Assembly: GCA_027490955.1 (NCBI GenBank)
Contig: JAIXXB010000032.1
Location: 60,102 to 124,101 of the forward strand
DNA length: 64,000 nucleotides
Source of the DNA: Rhodobacter sp.
GTDB lineage: Bacteria; Pseudomonadota; Alphaproteobacteria; Rhodobacterales; Rhodobacteraceae
Direction of reading: 5' to 3'
A program made the translations under genes and the position numbers. The notes below the pieces were generated by a model. It ran no database searches. It worked only from the letters and a program-made list of their open reading frames with translations, and was not told where the DNA came from. This document shows, in pieces, positions 48,484-58,093 of this stretch. Each line of letters starts with the position of its first letter. Within the stretch, counting starts at the first letter, position 1.

Positions 48484-48571
48484 AGCCGCCTCCGTTTCGC
48501 GGCAAGGTGGCAGGGGCAAGGCGAGGGGTCAAGGGGGGGTGGCACGCAAAAGGGGGGCATGGGGGGGCAAG

Positions 48572-48600
48572 CAAAAGGGCCGAAGGTTTCCCCTCGGCCC
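48572..48600 (-). terminator. Intrinsic terminator of ilvC
   Basis: Reverse strand reads GGGCCGAGG-GGAAA-CCTTCGGCCC-TTTTGC. Confidence 0.75.
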
Positions 48601-48640
48601 CCATCGCTTGCTGCGCTGCGCGCAGCCTATCACAAAACCC

Positions 48641-49693
<1,053 letters not shown>

Positions 49694-49790
49694 TCATAGG
49701 GGTTTACGCGGCAAAAGCGGTGCAAAATTTGACAGAACCTTCGAAAAGCTGTAATCATCATTCACAATTCAGAAATATTGTGAAAATTTC

Positions 49791-50249
49791 ATGCAGCTTG
49801 ATGAAACAGATCGGCGGATCCTGCGCCATTATCTAGATGGCCCTGCGCAGGATCGCGCCGCGCTGGCCGCCAAGGCGGGGGTGACGGGGGCAACCCTGTG
49901 GCGGCGCTTGGACAGGTTGCAGGCCGCGGGGCTGATTGGCCGCGCCCGCGCGCGCATCAATTGGCGGAAACTGGGCTATGAGGTTGAGGTGTCTTTGCGC
50001 TTTACGCTGGATAAAACCAACCCGCGCGCCTTTGACGAGTTTATCGCAGCGGCGCGGCGCGTGCCCGAAGTCGTGGCGATTGAAACCTTTTTGGGCCGCG
50101 TGGATGTGCGGCTGAATGTGATTGCGCGCGATATGGGCGATTACCAGCAGATTTACCGCGCGCATATTCTGACCTTGCCGCATATCGCTGATATCGAAGC
50201 GCTGATGCTGATCTCGACCATCAAAGACAGCGAGGGGCTGCCACTGTGA
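49791..50249 (+). CDS. Lrp/AsnC family transcriptional regulator
   Basis: N-terminal HTH (LDETDRRIL..LWRRLDRL) and AsnC ligand domain. Divergent from ilvC. Confidence 0.9.
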   Translation: MQLDETDRRILRHYLDGPAQDRAALAAKAGVTGATLWRRLDRLQAAGLIGRARARINWRKLGYEVEVSLRFTLDKTNPRAFDEFIAAARRVPEVVAIETFLGRVDVRLNVIARDMGDYQQIYRAHILTLPHIADIEALMLISTIKDSEGLPL

Positions 50250-50259
50250 CGCGCGCGAC

Positions 50260-50715
50260 ATGACCGAGATGGACGATACAGACCGCGCCATTTTGCGCGC
50301 GCTGGCGGCGGATGCCTTGGCCAATGCGGGCGAGATTGGCCGCGCCTTGGGCCTGTCGCAACCCAGCGCATGGCGGCGGATCAAGCGGCTGAGTGATGCA
50401 GGTGTGATCGATGGGGCGCATGTGCCTGCCGATCGTGCAGGGCTTGGCTTTGGCGTGACGGTGTTTTTGGGCATCAAGCTGGCCACCAAAGGCGCTATCC
50501 GATTAGAAGAGTTTGAGCGCGCCGTCATCGCCATTCCCGAAGTGCAGGTGGTGCAGCATGTGCTGGGCCTGTTTGATTACCGCCTGCGCGTGGTGGCCCG
50601 TGATATTGCCGATTTCGAACGGGTGTTGCGCCGCCGTATCATGGTGCTGCCCGCTGTGGGGCAGGTCGAGGCGAATGTGCTGCTGACGGAAGAGCGCCGC
50701 GATGGGCCGATCTAA
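50260..50715 (+). CDS. Lrp/AsnC family transcriptional regulator
   Basis: MDDTDRAIL..LSQPSAWRRIKRL HTH and VLGLFDY motif. Confidence 0.9.
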   Translation: MTEMDDTDRAILRALAADALANAGEIGRALGLSQPSAWRRIKRLSDAGVIDGAHVPADRAGLGFGVTVFLGIKLATKGAIRLEEFERAVIAIPEVQVVQHVLGLFDYRLRVVARDIADFERVLRRRIMVLPAVGQVEANVLLTEERRDGPI

Positions 50716-50795
50716 GCCCGCTTTATATGGTCGCAAATAGACCTGACTTTGCGCAGCCGCCTGCCTATCTTGCCGCACAATGCAGGAGCGCGGCG

Positions 50796-51905
50796 ATGAA
50801 AATCAGCAAATTGGAAACCTTTGGCAATGATTTTGTGGGTTTTGTCCGTGTGACCACCGACACGGGCGATACGGGCTGGGGCCAGTTGTCCACCTATAAT
50901 GCCGATATCACGACCGAGGTATTCCACCGCCAAGTCGCGCGGCATGTGATGGGGCGCTCGGCCCTTGATATCGCCGATCTGCTGGCATGGGTCTATGAGC
51001 GCGAGCATAAGTTTCAAGGCAGCTATTTGCGCCGCGCCCAGACGGGGCTGGATACGGCGCTGTGGGATTTGCACGGCAAATTGGCGGGCAAACCTGTGGT
51101 GGAACTCTTGGGCGGAACTCCGGGAAAACTGCGCGCCTATGCCTCGAGTATGAAGCGCGATATCACCCCCGCCGATGAGGCCGCGCGCTTTGTGCATCTG
51201 CGCGATACCTATGGTTTTGATGCGTTCAAATGGCGCGTGGGGGCCGAATGCGGGCGCGATGGCGATGAATGGGAGGGGCGCACGGCCGAAGTGGTGCCTG
51301 TCGTGTCAAAAGCGCTGGGCGAGGGGATTGCCAAACTGGTCGATGGCAATTCGTGCTATTCGCCCGCAAAGGCCATAGAAATTGGCAAAATGCTGCAAGA
51401 TAACGGGATTTCCCATTTCGAGGAACCCTGCCCCTATTGGGAGATGGAGCAAACAGCGCAGGTGCGCGCGGCCCTTGATTTGGACGTGACGGGCGGCGAG
51501 CAGGATTGCGAATTGCAAATCTGGGCGCGGATGTTTGATCTGGGCGCGGTGGATGTGGCCCAGCCTGATGTGATGTATATGGGCGGGATCACCCGCACCT
51601 TGCAGGTCTGCGAGATGGCCGCAGCATATGGATTGCCCGTAACCCCCCATGCCGCCAACCTGTCGCTGGTGACCATGTGCACGATGCATCTTTTGAAAGC
51701 CATTCCAAATGCGGGCAAATATCTAGAATTCTCGATCGAGGGGCTGGATTACTACCCGTGGCAAGAGGGGTTGTTTTTGGGCAATCCCTATCGCATCGAA
51801 GATGGCTGCGCGATTGTGCCAGAGGGGCCGGGCTGGGGCGTAGAAATAAACCCCGCGTGGCTGGATCGCGCCCAATATCGCGCTACGACACTAGAGCAAG
51901 TATAA
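50796..51905 (+). CDS. Mandelate racemase/muconate lactonizing enzyme (enolase superfamily) protein
   Basis: LDTALWDLHGK, FKWRVG, metal ligands VDGN/FEEP/GGEQ and VTPH. Confidence 0.88.
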   Translation: MKISKLETFGNDFVGFVRVTTDTGDTGWGQLSTYNADITTEVFHRQVARHVMGRSALDIADLLAWVYEREHKFQGSYLRRAQTGLDTALWDLHGKLAGKPVVELLGGTPGKLRAYASSMKRDITPADEAARFVHLRDTYGFDAFKWRVGAECGRDGDEWEGRTAEVVPVVSKALGEGIAKLVDGNSCYSPAKAIEIGKMLQDNGISHFEEPCPYWEMEQTAQVRAALDLDVTGGEQDCELQIWARMFDLGAVDVAQPDVMYMGGITRTLQVCEMAAAYGLPVTPHAANLSLVTMCTMHLLKAIPNAGKYLEFSIEGLDYYPWQEGLFLGNPYRIEDGCAIVPEGPGWGVEINPAWLDRAQYRATTLEQV

Positions 51906-51939
51906 CACACGCCAAATTATCGTTTTGCAGGAGAGCCCA

Positions 51940-53070
51940 ATGATATTGCCCCATGCCCATATTGACGAAGGTGGTTTGCAAGAATTCTCGGTGGTCTTTA
52001 CCGACCGATCGCTGAACCATATGTCCGCCCGATTTGGCGCTGCCATGCGCGAGATTTCTGCGCTGCTGAAACAGGTCTACAACGCCGATGCGCTGGCGCT
52101 GATTCCAGGTGGCGGCAGTTACGGGATGGAGGCTGTGGCGCGCCAATTTGGCCAAGGGCGCAATTTGGTGGTGCGCAATGGCTGGTTTTCCTATCGCTGG
52201 AGCCAGATTTTTGACGCCTGCCAGATGGGTCAGACGGATGTGGTGATGGCGCAGCGGTCGGGCAATTCGGACATCTCGCCCTATGCCCCGCCGCCGATTG
52301 AAACTGTAATCAACCGCATCCGCGAGACGCGCCCGCAGGCGGTTTTTGCCCCGCATGTCGAAACCAGCGCCGGGATTATCCTGCCCGATGCCTATATCGC
52401 GGCCATGGCGGCGGCGGCGCATGAGGTGGGCGCGCTGATGGTGCTGGATTGCATCGCATCGGGCTGCATTTGGGTAGACATGGCCGCCCTTGGCGTGGAT
52501 GTGCTGATTTCGGCCCCGCAAAAGGGCTGGTCGGCCAGCCCTTCGGCGGGCGTTGTGATGCTGTCCGCCCTCGCCGAGGCGCGGCTGGGCGAGACGACTT
52601 CAAACAGCTTTGCCATCGATCTGAAGAAATGGCGCGCGATTATGGCCACCTTCGAAGGCGGCGGGCATGCCTATCATGCCACGATGCCAACCGATGCGAT
52701 TATGGGCTTTCACGCGGCGATTTTGGAAACGCAGGCGATGGGCTTTGCCGCGGCAAAGGCCGCGCAGCAGGAATTGGGCCGTTTGGTGCGCGAGGATTTG
52801 GCCGCGCGCGGCGTGGTTTCGGTGGCGGCCCAAGGCTATGGCGCGCCGGGGGTGGTGGTCAGTTACACCAGCGATCCCAATATCCAAAACGGCAGTGCAT
52901 TCCGCGCGCTGGGCCTGCAAATTGCTGCGGGTGTGCCATTGCAGGTGGGCGAAGGCGAGGGGTTCCGCACCTTCCGTCTGGGCCTGTTCGGGCTGGACAA
53001 ATTGGTGGATCCTGCCGCCACTATGGCGCGGCTGACCCCTGCTTTGGATAAAGTGCTGTCTTCGCGCTAA
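51940..53070 (+). CDS. Class V aminotransferase (alanine/serine-glyoxylate type)
   Basis: PHVETSAG, LDCIASG and SAPQKGWS (PLP lysine) motifs. Confidence 0.88.
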   Translation: MILPHAHIDEGGLQEFSVVFTDRSLNHMSARFGAAMREISALLKQVYNADALALIPGGGSYGMEAVARQFGQGRNLVVRNGWFSYRWSQIFDACQMGQTDVVMAQRSGNSDISPYAPPPIETVINRIRETRPQAVFAPHVETSAGIILPDAYIAAMAAAAHEVGALMVLDCIASGCIWVDMAALGVDVLISAPQKGWSASPSAGVVMLSALAEARLGETTSNSFAIDLKKWRAIMATFEGGGHAYHATMPTDAIMGFHAAILETQAMGFAAAKAAQQELGRLVREDLAARGVVSVAAQGYGAPGVVVSYTSDPNIQNGSAFRALGLQIAAGVPLQVGEGEGFRTFRLGLFGLDKLVDPAATMARLTPALDKVLSSR

Positions 53071-54278
53071 GGCGAAGGCGAACGCATACCCAGCCCCGCC
53101 TTCATCACGGCATGGCGCAGGGGGGTGATGCCGTGCAACAGGTTCAGCCCGAATTTGCGCAAATCGCGCAGGGGCTGGGCCGTGGCCATCGAGGCGCGGT
53201 TCAGCGCGTCGATGCCTAGCACGCGGGCGACCACCTCGGCGTGGCGCTTGCGGTGATAGGCGGCCAGCATCACCGCGTCGCCCAGACCTTCGCGGCGGGC
53301 TTGGGCCAATTCCAAAAGGGCTGCAATATCGGCCAGTGACATGTTCAGCCCCTGCGCGCCAATGGGCGGCACAACATGGGCGGCTTCGGCAATCAGGGCG
53401 ATGCGCTGGGCTGACATGGCGCGGGCAAATTGCCCCATCATCGGCCATGCGCTGCGGGCAGAGATAACCGACAGCGCCCCCAAGACCCCCGCAGAACGGA
53501 TATTTGCCTGCGCCTCGAATGCGGCACTGTCCAAGGCCATCAGACGGGCGGCTTCGTCCTGACGCTCCATCCAGACGACCGAACTTGCGGGGCGGTTGTT
53601 TTGATCTTGCAAAGGCACCAGCGTAAAGGGGCCGCCTGTGCGGTGTATCTCGGTCGAAATGTCGTTATGCGGGATGTCGTGATTGACGGCAAAGACAATG
53701 GCCTTTTGCGCATAGGAAAGTGTTTTCACCCCAATCCCTGCCGCCGCGCGCAGGGCAGAGGCGCGCCCATCGGCGGCAATGGCAAGGCGGGTATGCAGCG
53801 CCTCGCCGCCCGAGAGGCGGATGGTGGCCTTGTCTTCGCGGGTGATCAGGGCTGTGCAGGATTGGCCCTGAACAAAGCGGATATTGGGCAGTTCGGCCAA
53901 GCGCGCCATCATCTCGCGCCGCAGCAGCCAATTGGGCAGGTTATAGCCAAAGGGCGCATCGGAAATGTCAGAGGCTACAAAGTCGCGGGTCAGGCGGGGG
54001 GTAGGCTCTGCGCCGCCCGCATCGATGATGCGCATCACCGCCAAGGGCGCGGCATAGGGGGCAAGGCGCGCCCAAAGGCCCGCCGCCTGCAACACATTCA
54101 CCGACGGCATCAAAAAGGCAGTGGTGCGCAGATCGGCCCCTGCGGCGCGGGCATCGGTCACGGGGGGGGTGGGTTCGACCAATGTCACGGAAAACCCCGC
54201 CGTTCCAAAGGCACAGGCCGCAGCCAGCCCTGCCACCCCGCCCCCTGAAATCACAATATCGCTGCTGATCTGCGCCAT
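53067..54278 (-). CDS. UbiH/UbiF-family FAD-dependent hydroxylase
   Basis: ISGGGVAG, AADGRASALR, EAAHVVPPIGAQGLN and Y...R motifs. Confidence 0.88.
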   Translation of the reverse strand: MAQISSDIVISGGGVAGLAAACAFGTAGFSVTLVEPTPPVTDARAAGADLRTTAFLMPSVNVLQAAGLWARLAPYAAPLAVMRIIDAGGAEPTPRLTRDFVASDISDAPFGYNLPNWLLRREMMARLAELPNIRFVQGQSCTALITREDKATIRLSGGEALHTRLAIAADGRASALRAAAGIGVKTLSYAQKAIVFAVNHDIPHNDISTEIHRTGGPFTLVPLQDQNNRPASSVVWMERQDEAARLMALDSAAFEAQANIRSAGVLGALSVISARSAWPMMGQFARAMSAQRIALIAEAAHVVPPIGAQGLNMSLADIAALLELAQARREGLGDAVMLAAYHRKRHAEVVARVLGIDALNRASMATAQPLRDLRKFGLNLLHGITPLRHAVMKAGLGMRSPSP

Positions 54279-54350
54279 GGATTGCCCCCGCTTTGCCCCC
54301 TTATACGCCAAGGCGCAGGCAAAGGCGAAGGGGCAAAGCGCCGCGCCCGC

Positions 54351-54998
54351 CTAGGCCACAAGCTGGCCCAAAAAGGCAGTCAAATCTTCGTGGTGGTGGT
54401 GGATATGCCGCGCTTTCAAGGGCTTGGGCGAGATATAGACACAGGCCATGCCCATCTGGTGCGGGGCGGCCAGATTGCGCGCATCATCTTCGAACATGGC
54501 AGCGCGGGTGGGGTCTAGCCCGTCTTGGGCGAAAATGCTTTCAAAGGCCGCCCGTTCGGGTTTGGGGCGAAAGCCTGCATGCTCAACGCCGTAAACCTTG
54601 TCGAAAATGCCGCCCAAGCCGCGCGCGGCCAGCACTTTTTCGGCATAGGGGGCGCAGGCGTTGGTGTAGACAATTTTGCGCCCTGCCAGCGCGCGCAAAT
54701 GGCCCGCCAAGACAGGATCGCGCGGCAGCACGGAAAAGTCGATGTCATGCACATCTGTCAAATAGGGTGTAGGATCGATATTATGTTCGCGCATCAGCCC
54801 TGCAAGGGTGGTGCCATAGGTATCCCAATAATGCTGGCGCAGACGGTTGGCCTCGGCCTTGCCGATGTTCAGCGCGCGCATGACCCATGCGGTCATCCGC
54901 ACCTCGATCTGATCGAACAGGCGGTAGCGGGGCGGATAAAGGGTGTTGTCCAGATCGAACACCCATGTGGTGACATGTGCGAAATGTTGTTTCATCAT
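54351..54998 (-). CDS. Pyrimidine 5'-nucleotidase (HAD superfamily)
   Basis: FDLDNTLYP, YTNA, PKP and MFEDDARNL motifs. Confidence 0.9.
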   Translation of the reverse strand: MMKQHFAHVTTWVFDLDNTLYPPRYRLFDQIEVRMTAWVMRALNIGKAEANRLRQHYWDTYGTTLAGLMREHNIDPTPYLTDVHDIDFSVLPRDPVLAGHLRALAGRKIVYTNACAPYAEKVLAARGLGGIFDKVYGVEHAGFRPKPERAAFESIFAQDGLDPTRAAMFEDDARNLAAPHQMGMACVYISPKPLKARHIHHHHEDLTAFLGQLVA

Positions 54999-55048
54999 GG
55001 CCCTAGCATGCCAGTGCGGGGGTGGGGGGGCAAGGGATGGGTTGAATT

Positions 55049-55726
55049 TTGCCCCATGGCGCGGTTAGGGTGCACCAAGCGGAGGATAAGTTGCAAAAAG
55101 ACGCCTATACCTTGATTCTCGAGGCCATCGAGTCTGGCGATTTTGGTCCAGGGGCGCGGCTGGTGGAAAGCGAACTTGCCGAAAGGATTGGCCTGTCGCG
55201 CACCCCTGTGCGCGAGGCGCTGCAACGTCTGGAAACGCAAGGGATGCTGACGCGCGATGGGCGGTCTTTGATTGTGGCCAGCCTAGATCATACGCAACTG
55301 GCCGAGCTATACACCGTGCGCGCCGAGCTTGAGGGGCTGGCCGCCAAACTGGCCGCGCGCCATGCCACCGATGAAGAGATTTCGGTTTTGCGCCGCATGG
55401 TGCAAGATGACCGCGCGCTGCTGGGCGGCGATCCGCGCCTGCTGAGCCGCGCGAATAAGCGGTTTCACCGCCTGATCCACCTTGCGTCGCACAACCGCTT
55501 TTTGGTGCAGCAATTGGATTTGGTGCACCGATCTATGGCGCTGATGGCGACCACGTCTTTTGCTGCCGCAGGGCGCGATGAGGTTGCGCTGGGCGAACAT
55601 TCGGCCATTGTCGAGGCGATTGCCGCCCGCGATGGCGAGGGTGCCTTTGCTGCGCTGCGCGGGCATATTTCCAAAGCCTATGAGACGCGCTTGCGGGTGG
55701 ATGCGGGCGAGTTGAAGACGCGCTAG
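55049..55726 (+). CDS. GntR family regulator (FCD domain)
   Basis: LVESELAERIGLSRTPVREAL HTH and FH..I..ASHN FCD motif. Start uncertain. Confidence 0.9.
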   Translation: MPHGAVRVHQAEDKLQKDAYTLILEAIESGDFGPGARLVESELAERIGLSRTPVREALQRLETQGMLTRDGRSLIVASLDHTQLAELYTVRAELEGLAAKLAARHATDEEISVLRRMVQDDRALLGGDPRLLSRANKRFHRLIHLASHNRFLVQQLDLVHRSMALMATTSFAAAGRDEVALGEHSAIVEAIAARDGEGAFAALRGHISKAYETRLRVDAGELKTR

Positions 55727-55746
55727 GTGCGCCATCAAGGGCGGGC

Positions 55747-55820
55747 AGGGGCCTATGCGGCCCCTACGAGGGTTTGCGGGGCAAACCCTCTACCCCGCAG
55801 GATATTTGGGAAAAGAAGAA
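55747..55820 (-). repeat. Interspersed structured repeat, copy E
   Basis: Reverse strand reads TTCTTCTTTTCCCAAATATCCTGCGGG-GTAG-AGGGTTTGC/GCAAACCCT-C-GTAG-GGGCC..GGCCCC. Confidence 0.85.
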
Positions 55821-55855
55821 GGGCGCGCGCATGGGTTAACGCGGCATGGTCTGCG

Positions 55856-57817
55856 CTAATCGTCAAACAGGCCATGGGCGGTTTTGTCCCAGTAAAACGG
55901 CTTGGTCAGCACTTCGTAGACGGCTTTGTAGGCGGCAAGGCTGGCCAGTAGGTTATAGGCCATCATCGTGGGCAGCCACAGCGGGTTGATGCGGTGGCCT
56001 GCGCGGGCAAGGCCGATGTAAGAGGTCAGCAGCATGGCTGCTTCGGCCAATAGGCCAAGACCCAAGGTGGTTTGCACGGGCAAGGGCAGGTTCACAGACA
56101 AAGGATGGCTGGCCACAAGCGGCAGCAGCCATAGGGCAGTGATGAAAGGGGCCAGCAGCGCCTGAAGCACTGTTCCTGCAAACATCATCTGCATGCCGAA
56201 AAACCGCCATGGCCCCAAATCGCGCAACAGCGCGGCAGGGCGGCGCATATGGTTGGCATAGGTCATGATATAGCCTTTGATCCAGCGCGAGCGTTGCTTG
56301 ATCCAAGGCACTGCGCGGCAGTTCGCCTCTTCATAAGTGGTGCTGTCAAGCAGCTGCATGTCATAGCCGCGCCGCACCAGTCTTAGGCCCAGATCAGCAT
56401 CTTCGGTGACGTTATGGGCATCCCACCCGCCAAGATCGCGGATGATATGGCTGCGAAAGAACAAGGTTGTACCGCCCAAGGGAAGGGCAAAGCCCATGCG
56501 CGCGAAACCCGGAAGCACAACGCGCCACCATGCGGCATATTCGATCGTGAAACAGCGCGCGAGCCAGTTGTGCTGGGGGTTGTAATAATCCAGCCGCCCT
56601 TGCAGGCAGGCAAGGCGCGCACCGCCTGCGGCAAATCCCTGCGCCACGGCGCGCAATTGGCCCGCCTCGGGCGCATCTTCGGCATCATAAACGCCGATGA
56701 TTTGGCCTTTGCAGTGATCCAGCCCATAGTTCAGCGCGCGCGGTTTGGTGCGGATCGTGCCTGTGGGCACAGGCAGCACCCGCATCCATGGCGGCAAGGT
56801 GATGCTGGCAAGTGCCGTGGCTGTGGCGCGGTCATTATCTTCGATCAGAAAGATCACCTCTTGCGCTGTGCTGGGGTAATCCAACCTTTCCAGCCGCCGA
56901 ATGAGGCGGGCGACGATACGGCTTTCGCAAAAGAGGGGCACGAGAAGCGAGATAAAGGGCAGGCTCGTATCTGAAGGCACAAGGTGCAGGTGGTGGGGCG
57001 GGCTGGGCAGGGGTTGCGCGCCTGCGGGCGGCGCGGGCAGGGGCTGCGGCCGCATCTGCGTGGGTGGGGCAGGCGGCGCAGGGCGGCGCAGCGCCGCCAA
57101 AAGCGCCGCCAATTTCAGCAGGGTTTGGCCATAAGATAAGGCCAGTGCAAGGCTCAGCAGGGCCAGCGCGGCCATGCTGGGTGCGGCGATCACGCCAGCG
57201 CCCACCAGCGCCGCAAAGGCGCATAGCGGGGCATAGGTGCGGCGGGGCGAGAAATTGCGGCAGCTGTCGGTTTCGGGCAGCAGCGTTTCGGCGCGGCGGG
57301 CAAGGGCCGTGCCTGCACGCGCCAGCACCTGCGCCGCAATCACGCGCCGCGGGGCAAGGGCCAGCACAAGCGCGCCAAACAGGGGGGTGAGGCGGGCGCG
57401 CAGCGCGGGGAAATCTTCGGGATAGGCGCAGACGATGACTGTCTTTGCGCCGATCCTGCGCCAAGGCAGCCAATGCTCGGCAAGGCAGCTTGCCGCATCG
57501 ATGCGCGCGATCAGGGCCGTGTCCACGGGGTGGCGCGTGAAATCGGCCACGCCCACCGCCCAATGCGCGGCCAGCGCGGCATAGGCCTCCTCCTCGTCCA
57601 TCAGACCGCGCGTCATCAGATGATCCACCAGATGGATTTGCGGGGTTTTCAGGGCGGCAAGCAGGGTCGGAGCAGAAATGCGCCCCGCGCGCAGCAGGGC
57701 AAGGCCGAAGGCGCAGCTGGCATGGTCAGCGAGATGCGGGCGATTGCGCCCCCTGCCATCTGGCACGGCGCGGGCATTCAGGCGGGCAATGGGGCGCAGC
57801 GAGGCGAGAGACATCAC
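55856..57817 (-). CDS. Processive GT2 glycosyltransferase with N-terminal MshEN/GspE-N-like domain (NfrB-like architecture)
   Basis: TKPRALN, YDAED, TED and QRSRW motifs plus TM helices. N-terminal FGLALLRAGRI..L..AL / LVDHL..RGLM repeats. AAGGAG RBS. Confidence 0.85.
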   Translation of the reverse strand: MMSLASLRPIARLNARAVPDGRGRNRPHLADHASCAFGLALLRAGRISAPTLLAALKTPQIHLVDHLMTRGLMDEEEAYAALAAHWAVGVADFTRHPVDTALIARIDAASCLAEHWLPWRRIGAKTVIVCAYPEDFPALRARLTPLFGALVLALAPRRVIAAQVLARAGTALARRAETLLPETDSCRNFSPRRTYAPLCAFAALVGAGVIAAPSMAALALLSLALALSYGQTLLKLAALLAALRRPAPPAPPTQMRPQPLPAPPAGAQPLPSPPHHLHLVPSDTSLPFISLLVPLFCESRIVARLIRRLERLDYPSTAQEVIFLIEDNDRATATALASITLPPWMRVLPVPTGTIRTKPRALNYGLDHCKGQIIGVYDAEDAPEAGQLRAVAQGFAAGGARLACLQGRLDYYNPQHNWLARCFTIEYAAWWRVVLPGFARMGFALPLGGTTLFFRSHIIRDLGGWDAHNVTEDADLGLRLVRRGYDMQLLDSTTYEEANCRAVPWIKQRSRWIKGYIMTYANHMRRPAALLRDLGPWRFFGMQMMFAGTVLQALLAPFITALWLLPLVASHPLSVNLPLPVQTTLGLGLLAEAAMLLTSYIGLARAGHRINPLWLPTMMAYNLLASLAAYKAVYEVLTKPFYWDKTAHGLFDD

Positions 57818-57857
57818 GGCTCCTTGGCGGAATATGTCCAGCCTAGGGGGCCAAGGG

Positions 57858-57884
57858 TTAAGACAGGGTTAACGACCCCTTAAC
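57858..57884. promoter_or_regulatory. Two overlapping CtrA boxes (TTAA-N7-TTAAC)
   Basis: TTAA at 57858, 57869 and 57880 (11-bp phasing): TTAA-GACAGGG-TTAA-CGACCCC-TTAAC. The consensus is met on both strands, ~40-65 nt upstream of the GT2 start. Confidence 0.75.
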
Positions 57885-57950
57885 AAACCCTATAAACTTT
57901 GCTGAATCTACTTTGCTGTATGTCGGGCCGCAGCCATGTGCTGTGCCTGC

Positions 57951-58093
57951 AATCATGCCGCTACGCGGTGCGTTTAATCATGCCGCTACGCGGTGCCTTT
58001 AATCATGCCGCTGCGCGGTGCGTTTGGCTATGCCGCTGCGCGGTGCCTTTAATCATGCCGCTACGCGGTGCGTTTTATCATGCCGCTACGCGG
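57951..58093. repeat. 25-bp tandem repeat (5 full units + partial unit formed by the carA 3' end)
   Basis: Consensus AATCATGCCGCT(A/G)CGCGGTGC(G/C)TTT with units at 57951, 57976, 58001, 58026, 58051 and a partial unit at 58076. No spacers. Confidence 0.95.

Noticed and set aside
57951-58093. CRISPR array
   Set aside because: The repeats are contiguous with no unique spacers, derive from carA coding sequence, and no cas genes are present.
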